From assembly GCF_024521635.1 (NCBI RefSeq), contig NW_026250430.1:62001-126000 (forward strand): DNA of 64,000 nucleotides, written 5' to 3'. The notes under the pieces were generated by a model. It was not told where the DNA came from. It saw nothing but the letters and a program-made list of their open reading frames with translations, and searched no databases. Below are positions 24,227 to 35,398 of this stretch, piece after piece. A program made the translations under genes and the position numbers. Every line of letters begins with the position of its first letter. The stretch's first letter is position 1. Source of the stretch: Tricharina praecox. Its lineage: Eukaryota.

Positions 24227-24939
24227 CTTGCTTTTTGCTTTGTCTTGTCTTGTCTCTGTATTTGTCTCTGTCTCTGTCTGTTCGAAGTCGATGGTTCTGC
24301 TTCTGCTTCTTCACGGCCAGACAACAGTGGTTTTATACCCGCACCATCGTTGAGTTCCCCAACTCTCACGAACCACAGAACCACCACAGAACCACCACCA
24401 CCGGCAGCTGAAGCCTGTAGCCTGAAGCCTGAAGCCTGAAGGAGGAGCACAGAGACAGAGTTTCGTGCCCCAAAGCCATGGTTCGATCAACCGGTAACAT
24501 CGGTACCTACAAACATACGAGTGCTTGTGCAATGTAAGACGTAACGTAACGTAACGTCTCGGATCTCCCCAACTGTTGTCAGTCAGTCAGTCAGCCATTC
24601 GGCTGATCGACTGGTATGATGTATCTAGACCGCTGGGCCTGGTCTGGTCTGGTCTGATTAATGTACATATTCGGACGGGTACCACCGTACCACCCACCCT
24701 TCATTTGTCCGTATGTACTCCGATTCACAGAGGCGGTACAGTACCTATTCGTCGGATATGGTATTGATCTGGCTACAACAGCAGCAGGAACTGCCCACTT
24801 TCCAGTGCTCACTGTCCACTGCCCACTTCCCGCATAATCCGCCCGCATAGGTAATCCGCAACCGAGAAAACAGCCGAGAAATAGCCCGCATCAAGCCTCT
24901 TCCTGGCGAAATGGCGGGGTGGCGAGACGGCGGGTTGTG

Positions 24940-26310
24940 GGGCGGGTGGTAGATCGTACACGGTATATACACGGTAGGTATGATACGACTCTGAAGGTCT
25001 AGCTCCTGCGGACGACCGGCCTTCGGAGGAACGACGGAGGAAGGACGCGGTACTCTCTTCCGAGATCTTCACCATCGGATCAGACTACCTACTATACCGT
25101 AGACTCTTCCAGTCTTCCAGATGCGATACACCGATACACCGATGCACCCCACCAAGTTCGGAGAACCGACACCGGACAGCGGTAGTTAATAGAAGACGGG
25201 ATCATTTGCGCCACGGATGATCCTCCTTTTCCGTGGATGAGGCGGTGGTGGATCGTACACGGTAGGTATGTAGGTGCGACTCTGGGGATCTTCGGGTTTG
25301 GCTCCATGCGGCCGACCTCTTTTCTCTAAGGGACGTTGGATGTTGGATTTTGGTCGTTGGACGTTGGATGTTGCAAGATTCCGTACATTGGCCGGTGTAT
25401 AGGCGGTGTTGCATGGAGGGAGAACGCGGTACCCTCTTCCGAGATCTTCACCATCCGGTCGGACCAGACTATTCCAGTTGCGATACACCTCACTAACAGC
25501 GGTAGTGAGAGGCGAAAACATTTGCGCCAAAGATGATCCTTCATCTCCGTGGATGATGCAGTGGAGATGATGATGATGGTGGTGTTGCACCGAGGAAGGA
25601 CGGGGCACCCTCTTCCGAGATCTTCACCATCCGATTAGACCAGACTCGGTAGACTCTTCAAAATGCTATACACCGATACACCCCCACCAAGGTCGGGGAA
25701 CCGACACTGGACATCGGTAGGGAGTGGGAGGTGGAAACATTTGAGCCACCGATGATCCTCTTTTTCCGTGGATGCGGCGGTGAATATTATAGTGGCGGTG
25801 GTGGTGGATCGTATGTGCGACTCTGAGGATCTGAAGGTCTGACGGTCTGAGGGTCTGGCTCCCTGCGGCCTGCTTTTTTTCCGAGTGGACGTTCGATGTT
25901 GGGCGTTGGACGTTGAAGATCCTGTAAATGTGGCGGTACATAGTGAGAGACCCTCGATGGGTACGGGTACGAGCAACTGTCGAGACTGCCCCAATTGACC
26001 AAGCAAAAAGTAACAAGAAAGCAAAGCAGCCCGTGGACCCTGTGATCTCCAGATTAAGAACATTTCAACGTTGAGGCCGAATCCTACCATAGGCGGTGTG
26101 GGACGGAGGACAGAGGAAGGAAGCGGTACGCTCTTCCGAGATCATCACCATCTGGCCGGACTACATAGACCACTCTCGCCAAGTTCAGGAACCGACTCAG
26201 GAACCGATACTGGACATCGGTACACTGCGGGAGGCGGAAACATTTGTGCCACAGATGATCCTCCATCCCCGTGGATGATCCTCCATTTCCGTGGATGAGG
26301 CGGTAGTGGT
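24940..26310. repeat. Degenerate modular tandem array, 4 full-ish copies plus 1 partial
   Basis: 22-nt core CTCTTCCGAGATCTTCACCATC at 25055, 25434, 25610 and 26131 (1 mismatch in the last). Second block CATTTG.GCCA..GATGATCCT.....CCGTGGATG at 25203, 25519, 25738 and 26241. Confidence 0.9.
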
Positions 26311-27029
26311 AGCTCGACACGGCTCGAGCCCGCGGACCCACCCGCTGACACGCCCGCTGACACGGCCGGTTCATCACATCACATCACATCACTTCTCATC
26401 ATCACTCGTCATCCGCACATCCCCACTTGCACCACTTCCCCATGTTCCCATGATTCCCATCTTCCCCATGACCATCATTTCAGATATCGATATCGAGTCA
26501 ATTCATGCATGGTATAGCTACGATACCTACCCCCAACTCTCCATCCATCACCCAATAATGTCGTAAGCCGTCAACGAAACGAAATGCAGGGGTATGATGT
26601 ATTCGGAATTCCCACCCATCCCATCCCATCCCATCCTACGGTATCCTCTCTTGACCAAATCTTGACCAAAAGCACAAGCAATAGCAACAAGCAACAGCAG
26701 GAGCAACAGCAGGAGCAACAGCAACAGCAACAGCAGGAGCAAGCAAAAACCACCCGAACCCTAGAAGAAGTAGAAAACAAGTGCATAAACGGCAAACCAC
26801 ACACCCCCAAAACAACAATCACGATATCTTGAAAAAGATTACACAGAAAGGGATAAGTCGAAAAGAAACATCAAAAAAGCAAAACAAACATCCGTGAACC
26901 TTGAAATAAACACAGACCATGCCAAAGAATGAATGAACAAGAAACGAAACTAAAACTTCTATGTCCCAAATCGATGCCAAGAACCAATCCGGGGTTCCTT
27001 ACAGACGTAAGAAGCGAGTAGTCGCAGAA

Positions 27030-29343
27030 TCAACCGGCAACCGTCGCCTCCTCGCCTCCCCGTTTCCTTCTACCGAGGAGAGTCGCATTGTCCAGACTCA
27101 GCTCGAAACCGTGGCCCACACGTTTCTTCGGTCCACCCATCTTGGTTGCGCCGGGCACAATCTTCTTCTGGGCGGCCGCAGGAGTCCGAGCGGATGCGAC
27201 GTGAGTTGAGTACGCGCTCGCTCCGGTAGGCACTTGCGTTCCAGCCGGCGGTAATCCGCTGTTGAGATTCGTCTTTCGAAGTTTCTGTTCAACGTTGGCC
27301 ACGTTGTCGGACTCGCCGTCTCTGGGAATCTTGACCGAAGTCTCGTCGTCGGAATCCTCGAATTCGTCCTCGTCCTCCTCATTGAGCGGGGCATTGGCAG
27401 TGCCGCGGTAACCCTGCTTCCAGTTCTTTCTGCGCTTGTTCTCCTCCTCCATGCGATGCACGGCGTATCCAACGTCAAACACCTCACGCAGCGAGACAGC
27501 ACCGGGCGATCGGAAGTCCATGCGACGACCTCCACCAGGGGTATCGAGGGCGATGCTCGGTGACTCGTCCATGAAGTGGTGCATTCCCTCCTTCGAAACG
27601 GCGGGGGTGGCCAACGGGGGAGCATCCTGTGCCGCCTGAGTTGGCTCCTCGGTACCACGAATCCAGGGGTGCCTCATGAACTGGTTGATGTCGTATCGCT
27701 TCTCCGGATCGACCGTCAAGAGATGTGACACCAAGTCCTGGGCCGACTTCGAAATGTCGTCCCACCATGGCGAGAGGAAGGTGTACTGTCCTCGGGCAAC
27801 CTTCTCCGTAAGAACGCTGATCGACTCGTCGTAGAATGGCGGGAACCCGCAGAGAAGGGTGTAGAGAACACAACCGAGTGCCCACATATCAACCGATTTG
27901 GAGTAACGCTCATCCTTGACAATTTCCGGCGCCGTGTAACCAACTGTTCCGCAAGGGGTAACCGTCGTATCCTCCCAGATAACCTTCGACAGACCGAAAT
28001 CGGCAATTTTGATGTGTCCGATCCCACCTGCACCAACACCGGGGATGAATTCTCCTTCGTCAACCTTGTCCTCGTCCTCTGGTGCCCTCGGTCTCGGATT
28101 CTTGGCTGGAACGAACGCTGTGGGATAGAACAGCAAATTCTCGGGCTTGATATCTCTAGGATTGGGGTCAGCACACGTCCTGCGTATATCATCATTTCAG
28201 ACAGAAAACTCACCTGTGAACGATGCCCTTCTCGTCATGCAAGTATTTCAGCGCCTCTGCAACCTGCACGATGACGTGTCGACTCAGATCCTCCGAGAAG
28301 TATGTTAACCTGACGATCTGATGGAACAGTTCGCCTCCAGGACACAGTTCCAGGATGAGGTAGTAGTATGCCTTCTCCTCCTTGAAGTCGATGAGCTTGA
28401 CAATATTAGGATGGTCGAGCCTTCGCATTATGGAAACCTCTTTCAGAATATTTGCCCGCTATTGATCACCGGAACCGTTAGCACAACCAATCCACATGAT
28501 ACAACCTCAACAAACAGTGCAGCAATGGGTAAGCAGCATCAATAGAGACAAAACGCATCAAAGACATGAAATCCGCTAGTGATGGTGCCGACTAAGGGCT
28601 GTAGTGTAGGTAGGAGGTAGGGAGATCGCTAAGGGTGTGAGAGGCCGCGCACCTCGACTACTTTGTTTCCTTTCTTGACGTCCGGATGAAGGTGTTTGTC
28701 ACCCTAACACGATAACCCAAGACCACCGAATGTTAAAAGTATTCCCAACTTGGCCGTTTTGCCAAATGCAATGAAGAGCGAAAAGAAAACAAGCAAAGAG
28801 ACATAAAAAAAAGGCAGCCGTAGTACTACACACCTGTGATGCATTCAGTTCATACTTCCTGACCACCTTGATGGCCACCTCTCCGTATTCTCCAGTAGTA
28901 TCTCGTGCGCGGTACACGTTGCTAAACGCGCCGTCACCCATCTTCTGGGTCAAAAGCCATCTATCGAGTCCAGGATACCGCGGAAGCTTCTCCCTGTTCT
29001 CCTTCTCCTCCGCGATGATTTTGGCGAGAGTTTCTTGGTCGTAGACCTTATTTCCTCCCTGCTTTGTCGTATGAGCGCCAGCAGCAACATCCGCCATGTC
29101 CTGGTGTGCACTGGTAACGTTCGCGGCGACAGCATTGGCTTGAGCGGCGGCGTTCCGGTTGTCAACGGCGGCGGCCGAGTAATCGTGCTTCGAAGCGTGA
29201 CCGCCCAAGCTCACGCCGCCGCCGCCGCCCATAGAGGGGTCGGAGAAGGCATGCGTTTTGGACTGTGGTGGTGGGGGATCTTGCTGCCGAGCTTGCTTTC
29301 CGTGACGGATGAAATTCTTAAGGTTCTGAAATTGGGAGGCCAT
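27030..29343 (-). CDS. RCK2: CAMK-family MAPK-activated kinase, Rck2/Srk1 type, 643 aa
   Basis: Exons 29343-28834, 28703-28653, 28458-28214 and 28155-27030 join in frame. Motifs: MASQFQNLKNFIRHGKQA, KMGDGAFSNVY, VAIKV, HRDIKPEN, DEGEFIPGVGAGGIGHIKIADFGLSK (Rck/Srk insert), TPCGTVGYTAPE and C-terminal FELSLDNATLLGRR. Confidence 0.92.
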
Positions 29344-31067
29344 CAGTAAAGCGGTACTCGTGAATAGCCGGCACAAACAATCGATGTGGTAATTGGAGGT
29401 AGAGAATGAGGAAGCGGTGAGTGATAGTGAGGTTGATGTTGATGCTGATGCTGATCACCGAGTAAAAGCAGCGGGGGTGCGGATGAATGAGGAACAACAG
29501 AGACGGGAACGGGACGATGATCTGATGGCCAGAAGAAGTAGTGGAATAGGCGACAAACGGAGGAGGGTGTGTGAATAAGGTCGGGGGATGGTGAGTGTGT
29601 GAATAAGGTCGGGGGATGGTGAATGTGTGAATGGGAATTGTGGGTATTGGGGGTATTGTGTATTGAGTGGGAGTATGCGGGGAGAATGGGGGATCATTGG
29701 GTGGGGGATCATGAAAGTGGGAAGTTGGATTGGTAAAGCGGCAATAAACCTGCTTGACATCTGGGGGGATAAGCAGCAAGTATCTCGACTGCGCTGCAGT
29801 AGCCGCAGCTGCGACAGCGATAGCTGCGGTAAGCGACTGCGGATGGATGACATCGTCGACGGTGGAAGAGAGGCAGCACAATGACGCGAGTGAGCCGTAA
29901 GTAGCTGCTGCGTTCATTGTGTTGTCTCCATCCAGCCAGCCCAGCTGCTGGCTGCTTCCCACTCCCTGCCCCTCCTTCGACCCTGCCCCTCCTTCGACCC
30001 CGGACCCCATCTCCGCCCGGGCCATCAGTAGAGCATACGAACGAACAAGGGGCCAGAGAGATCCACGGCACGTTCCTCCGATTTCAACAATCGTCCATAT
30101 CTCACAGGCCACGTTTTTCCTCTCTCTTCCCCGCAATGACTCAAAAACAACACATTCTAGCCGCGAAGGGAAGAGAGAAAGGAAAAGAGAGAGAGAGAAA
30201 AAGAGAGATGGAATCGAAACACTAGAAAGGGTCCACCAACCTCTATTACGGGCATGATGAAATTCGCTTGTGATTGAGAATGTGTGATCGCTATTATGCT
30301 ATGTCGACACTAACGTGACGGCGACGGCGAGGACGAGCAGGAGGGTGCCGGTATGTAGGGAAGGAGATGATCGACGGACGGAAAGCGGGAGTGTTGCAGG
30401 AGGCGGCCGGTTATTCCCTGTCGCTGTGGAAAATGCTCAGTGGTTTCGTGTCGGTGTTTCTGTATCGAAACCGTTGATGGGCGCGGGGTCGGTAACGGCA
30501 GTTGTGTGAGCAACGGCAACAGACGCTTGCTCGGTTGTGTGCTTTTGTTGTTCTTGTTGCGAAGGCCGGGGTTTACGATCTAGAAAGATGAAGAAGCAGG
30601 TTGCGGACAGGTGCAGATGCTGAATAAATTGATGTATGCGGAAGTCGAGTGTGAAAGCAAAGCAGCACAGTAAAGTAAGTAGGCAGAAGGGCAGAGGGCG
30701 ACTGAGCAGGGCAGGACTGGAGCAAGAGTCGATAGTGGTGGCAGAGGGAGTAGTGGTGAAGGCGCAGGCGCAGGTCGAGTTGTTCCGTCACCGATTACTA
30801 TGACGACGACGACGTGCTAGGTACCTGTTCGGCGGGTCTGGTTGGTCGATTTGGCTTGACTGGGTTTAGATGCGCGATTAGAAACCAAGTAACCCGAAAT
30901 CGGCGCAGCTGGTGGTGGAGGCTAGGAAGGATGGTAAGGTAAGTTAAAAGCAACTAAGGTAGAGTGCGCGCGAGGGAGAGCAGCGGCGGAGGCGGTGGAG
31001 ATGCCAGCTAGGACGAGCCTGGCTTGCGTGCAGGAGAGAGTGGGGAAGGGGGGAGGGGAGGGTGGAG

Positions 31068-31134
31068 GGGTGGAGTGGAGGGGCGGAGTGGAGGGGCGGA
31101 AGGGTGGAGTGGAGGGGCGGAAGGGTGGAAGGGG
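31068..31134 (+). repeat. G-rich short tandem repeat (GGGTGGAGTGGAGGGGCGGAA-like, ~3 copies)
   Basis: Repeated GGAGTGGAGGGGCGGA units upstream of the kinase gene. Confidence 0.7.
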
Positions 31135-34098
31135 GAAGTGGGGAATAAGGAAGACCACTCCCACCTACCTAGCACGCAGTTGCGGAGAGAGAGGAGTTCG
31201 GGTTGCAGGCAAAGGGCAGGCGGGATGGATGGACGGATATCTGGGCGGAATCGGTGATGACGGCGGTGGAGGTTAATGTGGTGGCTTGCAGCTGGAGCGG
31301 CTCCGAGGATAAAATCTGCTTGCATCGAGCAGAATCTACTCTAAAGGGGATGAGGGCTTGAGGGCGGGAATCCGGACGATGGTGGCGATCGTGACGCTGC
31401 ACTGCTACTGCTGCTGCTGAGGAACGACTTGTCAGATGAATCTTGCACGACGGTGCGCCGCGGCCTTCAAGGGTCCGCATATGTGCGTGTAGCTACTCTA
31501 GCTCTTGACTATTTCCACTCCGTCGTCGAGTACTTCTCTCTTCTCCGCGAGCCTGCAAACCACACCGCTCTCTTCACGACGGCAAGAAGAAGAAAACAAC
31601 TGTGCTAGGACACTTGTATGTGTCGGCTCGTCTCGTCACGGAGCACGGGATCCGGTGCGGAACAATCTCGGTACGTGGAACGCATCGAATGGGGCTGAAG
31701 CCACAGGCCGCAGACAGGCCAGAACCTGGCCTGGTTCCAGACCCCCGCCCCCGTCGCCAAACGATGATGCTACCGTGCAGTCCACGTGACGAGTCTAGCT
31801 CCTAGTTCGTAGCGGCTCAACTTGACGTCATTCCCACCCGAGGAAAAAAATGGCGGGAAGAAGTGGCCGAGAAAAAAAAACAAGAAATCCGCGTTTCGAA
31901 AGACGGAGTTCCGGCAACCCGCCGCCAGACTGATTTCTTGCTTAAATCTGGATCTTGTCTCGCTCTCTGGAAATAAAGAACGGAACGAGGGCGTGGAGCT
32001 CGGAGCTCTGCTCAGCTTGACTGGCCGTTTATCCATCTACTCTACTCTACCGGTACTCTACATACGGCCTCTCTCACACCGCGCGGGCGGCTGGATGGAT
32101 GGATGGATGATGGCATGTGTTGCGAACCAATGAGATAGGATGATTCGTGCGGGCAATCCGAGTGCGCGAAGATGTTCTTCAAGACAAGGAATCTGATCCG
32201 ATCAATTAGCCTCCCCGAATCCTCCCTCCTCTGTGTTGAGAACATGGATCCTTCCATGTTCGTAAACACGCGCAGGAATGTGACCATGTTTTAAGCGTGG
32301 ACGGTGGAGCTTTAACAAGCGCGAGTGACATCATGTCGCGGGTGTCGTCGAGCTTTAATTAAAATACTTGCTCGCGTGTATGTACTTAGGAACTTCTCCC
32401 ACAGATATCGGGACCATTAAGTCTCTCACATCAGTGGGTAGAGTAGATTCAACTTACCGATCCAGCCATATGTACAGTACTTGCTCTATTCCCAGCTCTG
32501 TTGCCCAATACCAGCCGAGCACCGAGTGAGAGAGAGAGATCTTCCTGTTTTATTTCGCATGCAGCCTATCTAGATTGTGGCGAACCCACGACCTCCGTTT
32601 CCTGTCCGCCCTGACCAGTTGAGGTGAAAAAACCCCCCGGGGACCGACCAGTCCGATGCGGCGAGCACCGAGTGAGCAACTTCGAATGGGGCAACCAATG
32701 AGCCGTGGCCGAGTGATCACAGCATAAGCTCTCCACTCAAGTTCCGAGAATTCGTATTCGCAGAACGCAATCACACATGGAAGGTCATATGGTCGCTTGG
32801 TCGTAATTGTCAAATAAACGAGCACCTGGTATGATGTATCAGCAATGACCTCAAATCAAGTGCTGTCGGCACTGAGTAACTTCCCTTGAAGTTAATTCAG
32901 AGGGCTACTACTCTACCTATATGTGCGAGGACTTACCTGTGTCGGAATACCGTATGGTATGTAGGAAGCACAGCCCACCCAGTACGGAGCAGAATGCGAA
33001 ATCCTCGAGCCTCGAGGGATCATTGAAGTGACGACCCTCTTCACAACTTCACAAGGTATATCCAGTCATGTGTGAAACGAAACGAGAGCAGGCTGCCCAG
33101 AGCTTCGGGGAACTCTATACGCTATATCTATGCCCATGCCGGAGTTCTACATAGTAGACTGGGCTTCTTCAGGGCCTGTCCGACTTCTCCAGCTGGACCG
33201 AGTGATTATTTCCGCGGCAGTTATTCCATGGCCTAGTAGCCACCGCGGCTGCGTGGTAACACAAATCCTCTCGAGAGTCGACCATCACTGCTGGAAAAGG
33301 AAGTGTGGCTCAACTCACACGAGCATCAAGTCTCCACGTCTGGTTAAAACTTGAATTTATTTGCATGTATCCTTTACTAATCCCGATGTTTCTGGTTTCT
33401 GGTTAATTGATGCCGTGGCGCGGCTGGATAGCCCCCCGCCCTCGTCTATTTGTCATGGAGCTCTGCGGATCAGTAATTACATAAAGCCCATCACAACGCC
33501 GAATGGGGACATCCAGATTCCACCTAGGTTGATACCGTACTCACGGGACTGTGTCTTCTGCCGACGGATATGTGTAAATTGTAATGTAGATAAGCCAAGT
33601 ATTCGGTGCCACATTCTCGTCGGTCAGCGTAAGCTTCCTGCAGCGTGCCAATGTGCTTCGTCCATCTTGATGCATATGGATATTGTGGCATAGGATGTAG
33701 GTATTTGTCTGCAGCGGCTTCCGCTTGCAGTTATGAAAGATGGCATCTGATCTGATTTGATTATATTGGTGAAGAGCAAATATACATAGCAGCACGTATT
33801 TGAATTTTGGAGGTTGCATCTTATGTATGGTAGGTACCGACGGAGTGATCGACGTCGTGTGAACCGTTAATCCCGCAGCCCGTATGTGGTACTTCAGCTG
33901 TGGACAGTGTTGGCCTGAGCAAAGAGTCGCCATCGGCACCGGATGGCCACCTCCAGATTCAAAACGCGCAGAAAGGACTGAATTATTATTTCTATGCGCA
34001 CCAAAGAGAAATATCACGCAAAAAAACAAATGAGCGGCCACTGCAAATTCCACCACGCACCGTACAAGCCCCGCACTATTATCCTCCTGCATATCCTC

Positions 34099-35232
34099 CT
34101 ACAAATCCGCCTCCTCTCCCGTCAACCCAATAATCTCCTCGCCCCTCTGCTTCCTCCAAAAGTTCGTGCTGGCCAGCGTCTCCTCCTCAAACAGCCACAG
34201 CCACTTCTCCACAAACTCCACGCTCCACTCCCAGCTCCTCTCATCCCACGCGGAGCGGCCCCACACCCGCAGGCCCCACTCGATGTCGAGACACAGCTCC
34301 TCCTGGTCGAGAACGAACGTGCTGTTTCCGAGCGCAGCGAGGATCCTATTCCTCAGCGCGGGGGACGGTATAACGTCTATATAGGGATAATGCTGCACAC
34401 GCATCTGCAGGCTGGTCGGTACCAGATCCGGTGCGCGGAGCATGAGGTTCTCCATAACTCTCTCGACGCTCTCGACGCTTTCTATCCCCGGGTGGCCCTG
34501 GAACTCTCCCGTGACGAACGGGCTCAGCGTCTTGTCGCGCGCATACTGCTCCAGCCCGATCCCGAGGATCTCCAAATTCGTCAGCACCGCCGCGCGCACG
34601 GGGATGATGGAGATCGTCAGGAACGGCGTGATCTGCGCTGGGATCTCTGCCGCCGACGACTGGATGTACCCCACCGCGTGCGTGCTCCCGCTCCCGCTGC
34701 CGCCGCCGCGGCCGCTGCCGGACCCCCCGCTGCCGCGGTACTCGTCGAAGATGTTGGAGCGGGCGGCGCCAGCCGCCGCCGCGGGAGGCGGCGTGGGCGA
34801 AGATCTGCCCCCCATCCGTGTGTTGAGCATGCTCGCGATCGGATACGAGATGGCAAGGTCCGACCAGGTGTGCGGATCGTCGAATGCGCCGCTGGCCCGT
34901 AGCGCCTCGACGTCGACCTCTGGCAGCGGGGAGTAGCGCCGCGCCCCGACGTGCGTGGAGGTCAGGCGCTGCTCGAGCTCCTGGAGGCGGCGCTTCTGTT
35001 TTTGGCCTGTTGGAGAGGGTTAGATGGAGGTTGTCGAAATGAAGGGAGGTGGGGGAGGGGGGGACGTACGGTACGCTCGCTGCGCTACGCGGTTTTGGAT
35101 ACGCCGCCGCTCTTGTCGGTTCGTTGTCGTAGATAGCTCCCGCTCTTCGTCGGAGGTTAGGAATTTTCGCTGCAGCACTGAGTCGTCCGAGCCGTGCGAG
35201 TATTGATCCTCTTGGTGGATGGGTGAGCTCAT
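34099..35232 (-). CDS. bZIP transcription factor with C-terminal DUF3425-like domain, 356 aa
   Basis: Exons 35232-35070 and 35006-34099. Basic region ERRRIQNRVAQRAYRQKQKRRLQELE is split by a canonical intron. C-terminal LVPTSLQMRVQHYPYIDVIPSPALRNRIL...GLRVWGRSAWDERSWEWSVEFVEKW...STNFWRKQRGE is typical of DUF3425. Confidence 0.88.
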
Positions 35233-35237
35233 TGTGT

Positions 35238-35398
35238 CTGGATTTGGATGGCTGAATGGCTGGATGTTTGTAGGTTTGGATGGCTGGATGGCTGGACGGC
35301 TAGATGGCTGGATCTCTAGATGTCTGGATGTTTGAAGGTCTGGATGTCTGGATGTATAGATGTCGATATACTTAGATTGTTAGATTGATATCTGGATG
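35238..35398. repeat. Degenerate 8-nt repeat (TGGATGKC) in the bZIP 5' leader
   Basis: Run of CTGGATGG/CTGGATGT/CTAGATG variants immediately upstream of the ATG at 35232. Confidence 0.6.

Noticed and set aside
24940..26310. CRISPR array interpretation of the repeated 22-mer
   Set aside because: Eukaryotic context, spacers of 150-500 nt that are homologous to each other, and no cas genes.
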